NCBI GenBank assembly: GCA_045643205.1
Contig: JAZUKI010000010.1
Location: 128,001 to 192,000 of the forward strand
Reading direction: 5' to 3'
From: Clostridia bacterium
GTDB lineage: Bacteria; Bacillota; Clostridia; TANB77; CAG-508
Length of the DNA stretch: 64,000 bases
Under the pieces are notes generated by a model, which worked only from the letters and a program-made list of their open reading frames with translations, made no database searches and was not told where the DNA came from. Shown in pieces: positions 29,626 to 40,610 of this stretch (position 1 is the first letter of the stretch; every line of letters starts with the position of its first letter). Position numbers and translations under genes: made by a program.

Positions 29626-32600
29626 ATGGGGGCAAGATTTTTGGAACAGCAAAAAGAAGTAAAAATAGTATTTAATGACTACAGTGCTGATAGCTTCGCA
29701 TTAGCTGATGCACTTGTTTCAAAAGTTAATTTATATAAAAAGACAAATGTAATGGAAATATATCTTGATGCCAAAGAACATATTTCTGTTACTGAGATTC
29801 AAAAGTTTGAAAGGTATGCGATTAAGAGATTTAATTTGCGTGAATGTAAGTTAAAAATTTCTACACCGCATACTGATTTATTGACCACTAATAATTTTGT
29901 AAAGAATGAATGGAATGATTCAATAAAATTTTTGTCTGCAAAAGTTCCTTCAGTTAAAGCTTTCATGAAAGATAGTAAAACAACTTTTACCGAAGATAAT
30001 ATAGAAGTTGAATTAAATGTTAAAGGCAAAGATATACTTACAAAACAAAAAGTTGATAATTACATTTCAGACTTTTTAAAAGATACATATGGACAATGTT
30101 ATAAAGTTTTCTTCAAAGATAATGTAGATTCTGATGCAAAGAGCAGATTAAAAGAAGAAAACATTAATATAATAAAAGAATTTGCTAAGCAAACAGAGAG
30201 CAAAGCAAAAAATGTAGCTTCAAGTGATAACACAAAACCAACTGCAGAAAATAAAACACCAAGTGCAAAAGATAAATCAAATTTTAATAAAAGTAATTCA
30301 AATAATTTATCAAATTCAAATGGTGGAAACCCACCACCAATTGATGATGGTGAAATACCTAAACAAGAAGAGAAACCAGAAGATCCAACATTAATATACG
30401 GAAGAAATTCTAAAGTTGATGAAACATCTATGCAAATTGCTGATATCGGGATGGATACATCAGTTCTTCAAATTAAAGGTGACATAGTTAATTCACCAGA
30501 TCCAACTGAATTAAAGAAAACTGGAAAATTTTTATTTTCATTTGATGTTTATGATGGAACAAGTACAATTACATGTAAAATATTTAGCTTACCTGAGCAA
30601 AAAGGAAAATTAGGAAAGAGATTAAAACCTGGCACAGGAGTTATTGTTAAAGGAAGAGCTGGATATGATAACTTTGCAAAAGAAATTACAGTAATTGCAA
30701 ATACAGTAGTTGAATGTGATCCAATGCCTAGCACTTCTAGAATGGATAATAGCAAAGAGAAAAGAGTTGAACTTCATATGCATACTCAAATGAGTCAAAT
30801 GGATGGTGTTACAGCTGCATCTGATTTGATTAAAAGAGCTATGAAGTGGGGAATGAAATCTATTGCAATAACTGATCATGGTGTTGTTCAATCATTTCCA
30901 GATGCTCATCATTTAATTGATGGTATTGGCTATGGTGAAACGGACTTTAAAGTTATTTATGGAGTTGAAGGATATTTAGTTCCAGATAAAAACTCTGTTG
31001 TAACAAAATATAAAGGTCAATCATTAGAAGGAACAACCTATTGTGTATTCGATTTAGAAACAACAGGTGTTTCTTATAGAACAGATAAAATAACTGAAAT
31101 TGGAATTATAAAATATAAAGATGGTGAAATTATTGATACGTTTGAAAGTTTTGTAAATCCTGAAAGACCAATTCCAATGAAAGTTCAAGAAATAACTAAT
31201 ATTACTGATGAAATGGTTAAAGATGCACCTACTATTGAACAAATACTTCCAAAAGTAATGGAGTTTTTTGGAGATAGTGTTTTAGTTGCACATAATGCTG
31301 ATTTTGATACAGGTTTTATTAGATATAATTGTCAGCTTCAAAATATTCCTTTTGAAAATACTTATTTAGATACTTTACAACTTGCTAAAGAATTATATCC
31401 TGATTTTACAAAATATAAGTTAGGAATAATAGCTGAAAAGTTAGGAATTAAAGTTGAGGTTGCTCATAGAGCTTTAGACGATGTTGAAACAACAGTAAAA
31501 GTTTTAGCAAAAATGTTTGAAGTTTTAAAAGAGAAGAAAGTAAAAAAATTAGAAGATATAGATAAAGTTTTTGAGGGACAAGCAAATTATAAAAAGTTAA
31601 AGAGTTATCATGTTATAATTCTTGCAAAAGATTATGTAGGTCTTAAAAATTTATACAAATTAATTTCTATATCTAATCTTGACTATTTTTATAAACATCC
31701 TTTAATTATGAAATCAATATTGAAAAAATATTCAGAGGGATTAATTGTAGGAAGCGCATGTAATCAAGGAGAATTGTTCCAAGCAATTTTAGCTGGAAAA
31801 GATGAAGAAGAAATAGAAACAATTGCAAGAGAATATGACTATCTTGAAATTCAACCTATTGGAAACAACGAATTTTTAGTTAGAGATGGAACAGTTCAAT
31901 CAGATGAAGATTTACGAAACATAAATAGAAAAATCGTGGAACTTGGAGAAAAGCTTGATAAGCCAGTTTGCGCTACATGTGATGTTCATTTCATGGATCC
32001 ACAAGATGAAGTATATAGAAGAATACTTCAATATGGCCAAGGATATGATGATGCTGATATGCAAGCACCACTATATTTAAGAACAACAGAGGAAATGCTA
32101 AAAGAATTTGCATATTTAGGTGAAGAAAAAGCAAAAGAAGTTGTTATAACAAATACAAATAAAATTTCTGATATGTGCGATAGAATAAGCCCTATCTCAC
32201 CAGAAAAATGTCCACCACACATTCCCGGATGTGAAGAAACAATCAAGAGAATTACTTATGATAAGGCACACAAATTATATGGGGAGCAATTACCTGAAAT
32301 AGTTGAAGCAAGACTTCAAAAAGAGTTAAATTCTATCATTAATAACGGATACTCAGTTATGTATATCATTGCACAGAAACTTGTTTGGAAGTCAAATGAA
32401 GATGGATACATAGTTGGATCAAGAGGTTCAGTTGGTTCATCATTAGTTGCTTTTATGACAGGTATTACTGAAGTTAATTCATTGCCACCACATTATAGAT
32501 GCCCTAAATGTAAATATAGTGATTTTACAAATTATGGCGCAACAAACGGATATGACTTACCAGATAAAGAATGTCCTAAATGTGGAACATTAATGGTTAA

Positions 32601-34095
32601 AGACGGAATGGATATTCCTTTTGAAACATTCCTTGGATTTAAAGGAGATAAGGAACCTGATATTGACTTAAACTTCTCTGGAGAATATCAAGCAAAAGCA
32701 CACAAATATACAGAAGTAATCTTTGGAAAAGGAACTACATTTAAAGCAGGAACAGTTGGTACTGTTGCTGATAAAACAGCATATGGATATGTAAAACATT
32801 ACTATGAAGAAAAGGGAGTACCTATTTCAAGTGCTGAGATAAATAGAGTTTCAAAAGGATGTACAGGAATTAAAAGAACAACAGGACAACATCCAGGAGG
32901 TATTATAGTTGTACCAAAAGGAAGAGAAATATATGAGTTCACTCCAGTACAACATCCAGCAGATGATCCAGAATCAGATATTATAACAACACACTTTGAT
33001 TATCACTCAATAGATCAAAACTTATTAAAACTCGATATTCTAGGTCATGATGATCCTACAGTAATTAGAATGCTTTATACTTTAACAGGATTAGATCCTA
33101 CTAAAGTACCTCTAGATGATAAAGAAACAATGTCAATTTATTCATCAACTAAAGCATTAGGAGTTACACCTGAACAAATAAAATCAGATGTAGGAACATT
33201 TGGAATTCCTGAATCAGGTACAAAATTTGTTAGAGGAATGTTAACAGACACAAAGCCAACAACATTTGATGAATTATTAAGAATTTCTGGTTTATCACAT
33301 GGTACTGACGTTTGGTTAGGAAATGCACAAGATTTAGTTAACAATGGTACAGCAACATTAAAAGAAGTTATTTGTACTCGTGATGATATTATGAACTACT
33401 TAATAAAATGTGGATTAGAGCCTGGCGTAGCATTTAAAGCAATGGAGCTAGTTAGAAAAGGTAAAGTTAGCAAACAACCAGAAAAGTGGGCTGAATATAA
33501 AGCAGCAATGGAAGAAAAAGAAGTACCTAAATGGTATATTGATTCTTGTAATAAAATTAAGTATCTATTCCCAAAAGCCCATGCTGCAGCTTATGTTACA
33601 AATGCATTTAGAATAGCATGGTTTAAAGTACATATTCCTAAAGCATATTATTGCGCATATTTTTCAATTAGAGCAGATGCATTTGATAGTGATATTATGT
33701 GCCATGGTCAAGAAAAAGTTAAAAATAAAATGAAAGAAATTGAACTTGCAGGTAATATGGCTACAAAGACTGAACAAGATATGTATGAAACATTAGAAAT
33801 TGTAAATGAAATGTATTGTAGAGGAATTAATTTCTTACCTATAGATTTATATAAATCAGATTCACAAAAGTTCTTAATGGAAGACGGAGGAGTAAGACCA
33901 CCATTAAACTCAATTCCTGGTTTTGGTACAGTTGCCGCTAATGGTATTGTTGAAGCCAGAAAAGATGGAGAGTTTATGTCTATAGATGACTTAAAAATAA
34001 GAGCAAAAGTTGGTTCAAGTGGTATTGAACAACTAAGAAATGCTGGTTGCTTAAAAGGAATGAGTCAAAGCAATCAAATTAGTTTATTTGGATAA
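29626..34095 (+). CDS. polC: DNA polymerase III PolC
   Basis: PHP ELHMHTQMS; exonuclease FDLETTG, AHNADFD; GSRGSVGSS; PDIDLNFSG; start may be the TTG at 29641. Confidence 0.98.
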   Translation: MGARFLEQQKEVKIVFNDYSADSFALADALVSKVNLYKKTNVMEIYLDAKEHISVTEIQKFERYAIKRFNLRECKLKISTPHTDLLTTNNFVKNEWNDSIKFLSAKVPSVKAFMKDSKTTFTEDNIEVELNVKGKDILTKQKVDNYISDFLKDTYGQCYKVFFKDNVDSDAKSRLKEENINIIKEFAKQTESKAKNVASSDNTKPTAENKTPSAKDKSNFNKSNSNNLSNSNGGNPPPIDDGEIPKQEEKPEDPTLIYGRNSKVDETSMQIADIGMDTSVLQIKGDIVNSPDPTELKKTGKFLFSFDVYDGTSTITCKIFSLPEQKGKLGKRLKPGTGVIVKGRAGYDNFAKEITVIANTVVECDPMPSTSRMDNSKEKRVELHMHTQMSQMDGVTAASDLIKRAMKWGMKSIAITDHGVVQSFPDAHHLIDGIGYGETDFKVIYGVEGYLVPDKNSVVTKYKGQSLEGTTYCVFDLETTGVSYRTDKITEIGIIKYKDGEIIDTFESFVNPERPIPMKVQEITNITDEMVKDAPTIEQILPKVMEFFGDSVLVAHNADFDTGFIRYNCQLQNIPFENTYLDTLQLAKELYPDFTKYKLGIIAEKLGIKVEVAHRALDDVETTVKVLAKMFEVLKEKKVKKLEDIDKVFEGQANYKKLKSYHVIILAKDYVGLKNLYKLISISNLDYFYKHPLIMKSILKKYSEGLIVGSACNQGELFQAILAGKDEEEIETIAREYDYLEIQPIGNNEFLVRDGTVQSDEDLRNINRKIVELGEKLDKPVCATCDVHFMDPQDEVYRRILQYGQGYDDADMQAPLYLRTTEEMLKEFAYLGEEKAKEVVITNTNKISDMCDRISPISPEKCPPHIPGCEETIKRITYDKAHKLYGEQLPEIVEARLQKELNSIINNGYSVMYIIAQKLVWKSNEDGYIVGSRGSVGSSLVAFMTGITEVNSLPPHYRCPKCKYSDFTNYGATNGYDLPDKECPKCGTLMVKDGMDIPFETFLGFKGDKEPDIDLNFSGEYQAKAHKYTEVIFGKGTTFKAGTVGTVADKTAYGYVKHYYEEKGVPISSAEINRVSKGCTGIKRTTGQHPGGIIVVPKGREIYEFTPVQHPADDPESDIITTHFDYHSIDQNLLKLDILGHDDPTVIRMLYTLTGLDPTKVPLDDKETMSIYSSTKALGVTPEQIKSDVGTFGIPESGTKFVRGMLTDTKPTTFDELLRISGLSHGTDVWLGNAQDLVNNGTATLKEVICTRDDIMNYLIKCGLEPGVAFKAMELVRKGKVSKQPEKWAEYKAAMEEKEVPKWYIDSCNKIKYLFPKAHAAAYVTNAFRIAWFKVHIPKAYYCAYFSIRADAFDSDIMCHGQEKVKNKMKEIELAGNMATKTEQDMYETLEIVNEMYCRGINFLPIDLYKSDSQKFLMEDGGVRPPLNSIPGFGTVAANGIVEARKDGEFMSIDDLKIRAKVGSSGIEQLRNAGCLKGMSQSNQISLFG

Positions 34096-34122
34096 AACAA
34101 ATGATAAGGGAGGAATAAGTTT

Positions 34123-34419
34123 ATGGATGGAACTACTATTTCAATAATTGTTGGAGCGTTTTTTGCATTAAATTTAATTACTATTCTATTAATTTGGTTT
34201 AGATTAAATACTAAATTTATTGATGGAATAAATGAAAAAGTCCTAAATACAATTTTATTTATAATGTCTTTAATTGGAGGATTTATCGGCGTTTATCTAG
34301 GAAGAGAAATGTTTGGATATAAAACAACTTCAGGCTGTTTGGAAAAATGGCTAACAAAAACACTGATTGTAGAAGTAATAGTTATTTTGATTGTACTAAC
34401 ACAAGTATTAAAAAATTAA
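34123..34419 (+). CDS. DUF1294-like small membrane protein
   Basis: INEKVL...SLIGGFIGVYLG..MFGYKT resembles the DUF1294 pattern. Confidence 0.6.
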   Translation: MDGTTISIIVGAFFALNLITILLIWFRLNTKFIDGINEKVLNTILFIMSLIGGFIGVYLGREMFGYKTTSGCLEKWLTKTLIVEVIVILIVLTQVLKN

Positions 34420-34423
34420 AAAC

Positions 34424-34464
34424 AAGACTTGGATATACTCTTAGAGTATAATCCAAGTCTTTTT
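34424..34464 (+). terminator. Intrinsic terminator after the polC operon
   Basis: AAGACTTGGAT...ATCCAAGTCTTTTT. Confidence 0.8.
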
Positions 34465-34670
34465 ATATTAAGTTATATTTTTATATTAAGTTATAGTTTT
34501 TATATTAATTTATAATTTTTAGATTACGCAATAAGTCTTTTTATATTAAAGGATAGGTTTTTTATATAAATTAATATTACAAAAATATTATAATAAGTTT
34601 ACAAAATCAAAATAGAACAGCAAAAATGTGATAATTTACATAAAAAAATTATGTTATTTTTAGTGTAAAC

Positions 34671-34691
34671 TGTGGATAAATATGTGGATAA
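34671..34691. promoter_or_regulatory. Two perfect DnaA boxes in tandem
   Basis: TGTGGATAA at 34671 and 34683 (reverse complement of TTATCCACA). Confidence 0.65.
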
Positions 34692-34951
34692 CCTAAAAAT
34701 AAGGCTTTTACGACATATAAATACCAATAATTACCATATAAATATGTAAACTGAGAAATGTTACAAAAAAATAGAAATATGTAAACTTATTATTTTTAAA
34801 AAATGTTTGATTTTTAATAAAAAAATATCATTTAAAACCTTGAATTACTTAAATTAAACATGTAATAATAGAACAAAGATTTGTTATTATAACAAATAAG
34901 ATTATTAAGCAAAATGTAATAAAATCAATAGATACAAGGAAGGAGAATGTT

Positions 34952-36145
34952 ATGACAACTAGTAAACCTAATAAAATATTTTTTTATATTGATGTTAATA
35001 ATGCATTCCTTTCTTGGACTGCAGTAGAATTACTCAAATCTGGTTATAAAACAGATATAAGAACTATACCATCTATTATTGCAGGAGACGAAGAAACAAG
35101 GCATGGTATTGTTTTAGCTAAAAGCCCAGTAGCTAAATCTTTAGGAATTAAAACTGCTGAACCTATTTTTCAAGCTAAAAAGAAGTGTCCTTCATTGAAA
35201 ATATATGAGATTCATAGGGAAATTTATGAAAAATATTCTAAATTATTATATGAATACTATAAGACATATACAGATAAAGTTTTGGCTTATTCAATTGATG
35301 AATGTTGCTTAGATATGACAGGATGTATTATGGTAGGAGAAACACCAGAAACACTTGCTAAAACAATGTCTTCACATATATATGAAACATGGGGATTTAC
35401 CGTAAATATAGGAATTGCTCCTAATAGGCTACTAGCTAAAATGGCTTCTGATATGGAAAAACCTAATAAAATTCATACACTATATCCAAACGAGATTCAA
35501 AGTAAAATGTGGCCATTACCAGTATCTGAATTATTTATGTGCGGAAAGAAAACATCAGAAAAGCTAAAAATGTTAGGAATTAATACTATTGGTGATTTAG
35601 CTAGATATGATGAAAAAGTTTTAATCAAAAGATTAGGAAAAATGGGACAAATGCTATATGAGTATGCTAATGGAATAGATGATGAAGAACTTTCTTATGA
35701 AGAAGAAAAACCAAAAGGTATAGGAAATTCAACAACTTTGCCAAAGGATAGCAATGATATTGAAAAACTTAAGAGAATACTACTAAGTTTATGTGAAGAA
35801 ACAACATATAGATTAAGAAAAGAAGGATTATTAGCAAACACAGTAAGTGTAACATTAAAAACAAAAGACTTTGTCTCAACATCTCACCAAGGAACTCTTC
35901 AAACCCAAACTTCTAGTACAAAGTTAATCTTTGAGAAGGCTAAAGAGTTATTAAAAGAAATGTATCACAATGAATATATAAGACTTATAGGAATAAGAGT
36001 TGAGAATTTAAAAGATACAAAAAAAGGACAAATTTCTATTTTTGACACGGGAAAAGATGAAGAATTAGAAAAGCTAGATTTAGTAATAGATAATCTTAAA
36101 GATAAATTTGGTACAAGCACTATTAAAAGAGGCGGAGAGTTGTAA
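34952..36145 (+). CDS. dinB: DNA polymerase IV
   Basis: YIDVNNAF, SIDECCLD, LAKMASDMEKP, IRLIGI, clamp-binding motif QISIF. Confidence 0.95.
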   Translation: MTTSKPNKIFFYIDVNNAFLSWTAVELLKSGYKTDIRTIPSIIAGDEETRHGIVLAKSPVAKSLGIKTAEPIFQAKKKCPSLKIYEIHREIYEKYSKLLYEYYKTYTDKVLAYSIDECCLDMTGCIMVGETPETLAKTMSSHIYETWGFTVNIGIAPNRLLAKMASDMEKPNKIHTLYPNEIQSKMWPLPVSELFMCGKKTSEKLKMLGINTIGDLARYDEKVLIKRLGKMGQMLYEYANGIDDEELSYEEEKPKGIGNSTTLPKDSNDIEKLKRILLSLCEETTYRLRKEGLLANTVSVTLKTKDFVSTSHQGTLQTQTSSTKLIFEKAKELLKEMYHNEYIRLIGIRVENLKDTKKGQISIFDTGKDEELEKLDLVIDNLKDKFGTSTIKRGGEL

Positions 36146-36217
36146 TATTTTGTTGATTTAATAGGTACTTTGTTATAAAATAGGGGTACTTTAAACACAG
36201 AAGAGAAAGGATTTAAA

Positions 36218-36445
36218 ATGGAAGAAATAATTAAAATTTTAAATGAAGTAAAACCAGGAATTAATTATACAAGTGACATCGATTTTGTTAAAGATAATAT
36301 TTTAAATCAAAATGATTTGAGAAGCTTAGCAGATAAGTTAAATCAAATATATGGAATAGATATTGATGTTGAAGAAACAGATATGAAATGGTTTAAAGAT
36401 CCTCAAACAATATATAAATTAGTTTGGGAAAAACAAACAACATAA
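36218..36445 (+). CDS. Acyl-carrier-protein-like protein lacking the DS phosphopantetheine site
   Basis: MEEIIKILNEVKPG...ILNQND...LN..YGIDID...F.....IY.LV aligns with ACP/DltC-like proteins; LDS replaced by LNQ. Confidence 0.6.
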   Translation: MEEIIKILNEVKPGINYTSDIDFVKDNILNQNDLRSLADKLNQIYGIDIDVEETDMKWFKDPQTIYKLVWEKQTT

Positions 36446-36486
36446 TCCACAAAAGATGACATGTATAAGTAATTAAAGGAGTAAAG

Positions 36487-39400
36487 ATGCTAAACAGCAA
36501 GTTTGTTCATTTACATGTTCATAGTGAATTTAGTTTACTAGATGGATCAAATAGAATAAAAGATTTACCTGCTAGAGCAAAAGAGCTTGGAATGGATGCT
36601 ATAGCAATTACTGATCATGGAGTAATGTTTGGTGCTATTGATTTCTATAAGGAATGCAAAGCAAATGATGTTAAGCCAATCATTGGTTGCGAAGTATATG
36701 TTGCACCAGGCGACATGCACGACCAGGAAACAAAAACAATAGATGGTAGGAATTACTATCATCTAATTTTGTTGTGCAAAAATATGACTGGATATAAGAA
36801 TTTAGCTAAACTTGTTACTTTAGGTTTTACAGATGGCTATTATTATAAACCAAGAATAGATAAAGAAGCGCTAGAAAAATATCATGAAGGATTAATATGT
36901 TCTAGTGCTTGTTTGGCAGGCGAAGTACCTACAAATATTTTAATGAATAATATGGAAGGCGCTGAAGAAGCGGCTAAATGGTTTAAAGGAGTTTTTGGAG
37001 AAGATTATTATTTAGAAATTCAAAACAATGGTATCAAAGAACAAATCCCTGTAAATCAAAAACTTGTACAACTTTCAAAGAAATTAGATATTCCTTTAGT
37101 TGCAACAAATGATTCTCATTATTTGAAAAAAGAGGATGCATATAATCATGAAATTTTACTTTGTATTCAAACAGGTAAAAGAATTACTGATGATGATAGA
37201 ATGAAGTTTGATACAGATGAACTATATATTAAATCACCAGAAGAAATGAGTGAATTTTTTAAAGCAGTTCCTGAAGCAATTGAAAACTCAGTAAAGATTG
37301 CAGAAAAATGTAATTTGGAATTTGAATTTGGCCACACAATATTGCCAAACTATGAAGTTCCAAGCGAATACAAAACTCATTATGATTATTTTAAAGAACT
37401 TGCAGATAAAGGTCTAAAAGAAAGATATGGAGATAATATAACTCAAGAAATTTTAGATAGAGAAGCTTATGAATTAGGCGTAATTGAAAAAATGGGATAT
37501 GTAGATTATTTCCTTATTGTTTGGGATTATGTACATTGGGCTAAAACACATGGCGTACCCGTTGGACCAGGTAGAGGATCAGGTGCTGGCTCAATTGTAG
37601 CTTATTCTATTGGAATTACAGATGTTGATCCTATTAAATATGGCTTACTTTTTGAAAGATTTTTAAATCCTGAAAGAATAAGTATGCCCGATTTTGATAT
37701 TGATTTTGATTTTGAAAAAAGACAAGAAGTTATTGATTATGTTTCTAAAAAATATGGATATGATCATGTTACTCAAATTATTACATTTGGAACAATGGCA
37801 GCAAAGATGGTAATTCGTGATGTTGCAAGAGTTTTAGATATGCCTTATAGCGAAGGCGATAGAATTGCAAAAATGATTCCAAATGAATTAAAAATTACAA
37901 TCAAAACTGCAATAGATAAAAATAAAGAATTAAAAGATTTATATGAAACTAATGGCGATATTAAAAAATTATTAGATATATCCATGGCGTTAGAAGGAAT
38001 GCCACGACAAGCTTCAACACACGCATGCGGTATTATTATTGCAAAAGAACCAGTTGTAAATTATGTTCCACTATATGCTAGAGATGGTGTTTTAGAAACA
38101 CAGTACATAATGACAACACTAGAAGAATTAGGACTTCTAAAAATGGACTTTTTAGGACTTCGTACATTGACAGTTATCAGAGAAGCATGTGAACTTGTTA
38201 AACAAAACCGTGGAATTGATGTTGAATTTGACAAAGACATGAATGATCCTAAAGTTTTTAAACAATGGCAAGATGGAAATTCAATTGGAATATTCCAATT
38301 TGAATCACAAGGAATGACAAACTTCATGAAGGAATTAAAACCAGATAATCTTGAAGATATAATTGCAGGAGTTTCTTTATATCGTCCAGGACCAATGGAT
38401 CAAATTCCTAGATACATTGCCAATAAAAAGGATCCAGAACATGCAACATACACACATGATTCATTAAAACCAATTTTAAAAGATACATATGGTTGCATGG
38501 TTTATCAAGAACAAATTATGCAAATTGTTAGACAACTTGCTGGATATTCATTAGGACGTGCTGATTTAGTTAGACGTGCAATGGGTAAGAAAAAGCTTGA
38601 GGTTATGGCAAAAGAGCGTGAAAACTTTGTTCATGGAAAACTTGATGATGATGGGAATATAGAAATACCAGGATGTATACGAAATGGAATTGATGAAAAT
38701 TCTGCAAATAAAATTTTTGATGAAATGTCTGAATTTGCAAAATATGCATTTAATAAATCACATGCAGCTTGTTACGCAGTAGTAGCTTATCAAACAGCTT
38801 ATTTAAAAACATATTACCCAGCAGAATTTATGGCAGCTATGTTAAATAGTTTTATTGGAAACTTAAACAAAGTTCCTTTATACATAAATGAATGTAGAAA
38901 ATTAAATATTGAGATATTAAAACCAGATATAAATAGAAGTTATACAAAATTTACTGTTGAAGGCGAAAAAATCAGATTTGGTATGGGTTCTGTAAAAAAC
39001 GTTGGACTAAATGTTATAGACAACATTGTTAAAGCAAGAAACGAAGATGGACCATTTATAGATTTTACAGATTTCTGTGAAAGAATATATGGAGAACAAG
39101 TTAACAAGAAAGCTATTGAATGTTTAATAAAAGCAGGTGCATTTGATGAGTTTGGAAAAACAAGAGCTACATTACTTGCATCATTTGAACAAATAATAGA
39201 TACAATTGCTGATGAAAAAAATAAAGGATTAGTTAATCAAATTTCTATGTTTGAAATTTCTACAGCAGAAACAGAAAACATACAGGATATGAAATATAGT
39301 TTCAATGAACTTCCAGAGTTTCAAGAAAAAGAAATGCTATCAATGGAAAAAGATATGTTAGGAATTTATATTTCAGGTCATCCTTTAGAAAAGTACAGAA

Positions 39401-40035
39401 ATATACTAGAAAGAAAAACAAATATTAATTCAATTATAATTTCTGAGGCAAATGAACAATTAGAAGCAGATGGAGAGTGCACATTAAAAGATAATTCAAA
39501 TGTTAAATTAATTGGAATAATTACTGATGTAAAGAAAAAATACACTAAGAGCAACAAATTAATGGCATTTATCACAATAGAAGATTTATATGGAACAGTT
39601 GAAATTATTTCATTTGAAACATGCTACAATAAATGTGCACAAGAAATAATTGAAGATAATATTGTATTAATCGAAGGCAGATTAAGCATCAGGGAGCAAC
39701 AACAAGATGTTACAATAATTGCAAATAGTGTTACTAAATTTGAGCAAAATCAAGATAAAAAAGAAAATGTATTAAATGTTTCAAATGAAGAAGAAACAAT
39801 GATTACAAAGATTATTAGAAACAAGAAATTAACGTTAGATATTACAAATTTAGATGAAGAACACAAAGCTAGATTAAGAGGAGCAATTAGATTCTTTTCT
39901 GGAGAAAAAAACAATATTGCATTGTATGTAAAACAAGGCGAAAAAATTTCAGCTTGTGGTGGAATTTTTATTAACGAAGAAATTCTTAATGAATTTTCGC
40001 AAATAGTAGGAAATAGTAATGTTTTAAGCATTTAA
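36487..40035 (+). CDS. dnaE: DNA polymerase III alpha subunit DnaE
   Basis: FVHLHVHSEFSLLDG, GPGRGSGAGS, FERFLNPERISMPDFDIDF, YAFNKSHAA. Confidence 0.98.
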   Translation: MLNSKFVHLHVHSEFSLLDGSNRIKDLPARAKELGMDAIAITDHGVMFGAIDFYKECKANDVKPIIGCEVYVAPGDMHDQETKTIDGRNYYHLILLCKNMTGYKNLAKLVTLGFTDGYYYKPRIDKEALEKYHEGLICSSACLAGEVPTNILMNNMEGAEEAAKWFKGVFGEDYYLEIQNNGIKEQIPVNQKLVQLSKKLDIPLVATNDSHYLKKEDAYNHEILLCIQTGKRITDDDRMKFDTDELYIKSPEEMSEFFKAVPEAIENSVKIAEKCNLEFEFGHTILPNYEVPSEYKTHYDYFKELADKGLKERYGDNITQEILDREAYELGVIEKMGYVDYFLIVWDYVHWAKTHGVPVGPGRGSGAGSIVAYSIGITDVDPIKYGLLFERFLNPERISMPDFDIDFDFEKRQEVIDYVSKKYGYDHVTQIITFGTMAAKMVIRDVARVLDMPYSEGDRIAKMIPNELKITIKTAIDKNKELKDLYETNGDIKKLLDISMALEGMPRQASTHACGIIIAKEPVVNYVPLYARDGVLETQYIMTTLEELGLLKMDFLGLRTLTVIREACELVKQNRGIDVEFDKDMNDPKVFKQWQDGNSIGIFQFESQGMTNFMKELKPDNLEDIIAGVSLYRPGPMDQIPRYIANKKDPEHATYTHDSLKPILKDTYGCMVYQEQIMQIVRQLAGYSLGRADLVRRAMGKKKLEVMAKERENFVHGKLDDDGNIEIPGCIRNGIDENSANKIFDEMSEFAKYAFNKSHAACYAVVAYQTAYLKTYYPAEFMAAMLNSFIGNLNKVPLYINECRKLNIEILKPDINRSYTKFTVEGEKIRFGMGSVKNVGLNVIDNIVKARNEDGPFIDFTDFCERIYGEQVNKKAIECLIKAGAFDEFGKTRATLLASFEQIIDTIADEKNKGLVNQISMFEISTAETENIQDMKYSFNELPEFQEKEMLSMEKDMLGIYISGHPLEKYRNILERKTNINSIIISEANEQLEADGECTLKDNSNVKLIGIITDVKKKYTKSNKLMAFITIEDLYGTVEIISFETCYNKCAQEIIEDNIVLIEGRLSIREQQQDVTIIANSVTKFEQNQDKKENVLNVSNEEETMITKIIRNKKLTLDITNLDEEHKARLRGAIRFFSGEKNNIALYVKQGEKISACGGIFINEEILNEFSQIVGNSNVLSI

Positions 40036-40116
40036 TAAATGATTGTTTTCTATTGCAAAAATAACCTAAAATTGATACAATATATGCATATGATTTTACG
40101 GATTTGGAGGCAAAAA

Positions 40117-40572
40117 ATGAGTGAAGAAAATAATATGAATAATGTAGTTAACCCTACTGGGGTTCAAGAAGATAACGGAATCAACATTTCAAATGATGTT
40201 GTAGCTGTTATAGCTGGTATGGCTGCATCAAATGTTGCTGGAGTTGCTGATATGGCTGGAGGATTTGCTAGTGGTGTTTCAGAAGCTTTAAGCGGAAAAA
40301 AGAATATGGCTAAGGGAATTAAAGTAGACATTAATGGAAATCAAGTAAAAATAGATGTTCATATTCTTGTAGAATATGGCGCACGTATTCCAGATGTAGC
40401 ATTTGAAATACAAAAAAACGTAAAACAAAATGTTGAAGCAATGACTGGATTAAATGCTAACGAAGTAAACGTACACGTTCAAGGTGTTGTTACAATGCAA
40501 AAAAGAGAAGAAAGCGAAGCTAAAATAGAAGCAGCTAATTCAGAAAATGATGATAAAAAAACAAAAAAATAA
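40117..40572 (+). CDS. Asp23/Gls24 family protein (YqhY-like)
   Basis: ISNDVVAVIAG, KGIKV, VEYGARIPDVA, VEAMTGL...VNVHVQGV. Confidence 0.92.
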   Translation: MSEENNMNNVVNPTGVQEDNGINISNDVVAVIAGMAASNVAGVADMAGGFASGVSEALSGKKNMAKGIKVDINGNQVKIDVHILVEYGARIPDVAFEIQKNVKQNVEAMTGLNANEVNVHVQGVVTMQKREESEAKIEAANSENDDKKTKK

Positions 40573-40610
40573 ATTCAAAAGCAAAGAAATAAACTAGGGG
40601 GATTAATAGA

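Noticed and set aside
34420-34950. Possible oriC (DnaA boxes plus AT-rich DNA)
   Set aside because: Only two perfect boxes, no dnaA/dnaN/gidA neighbours, and gene orientation does not switch
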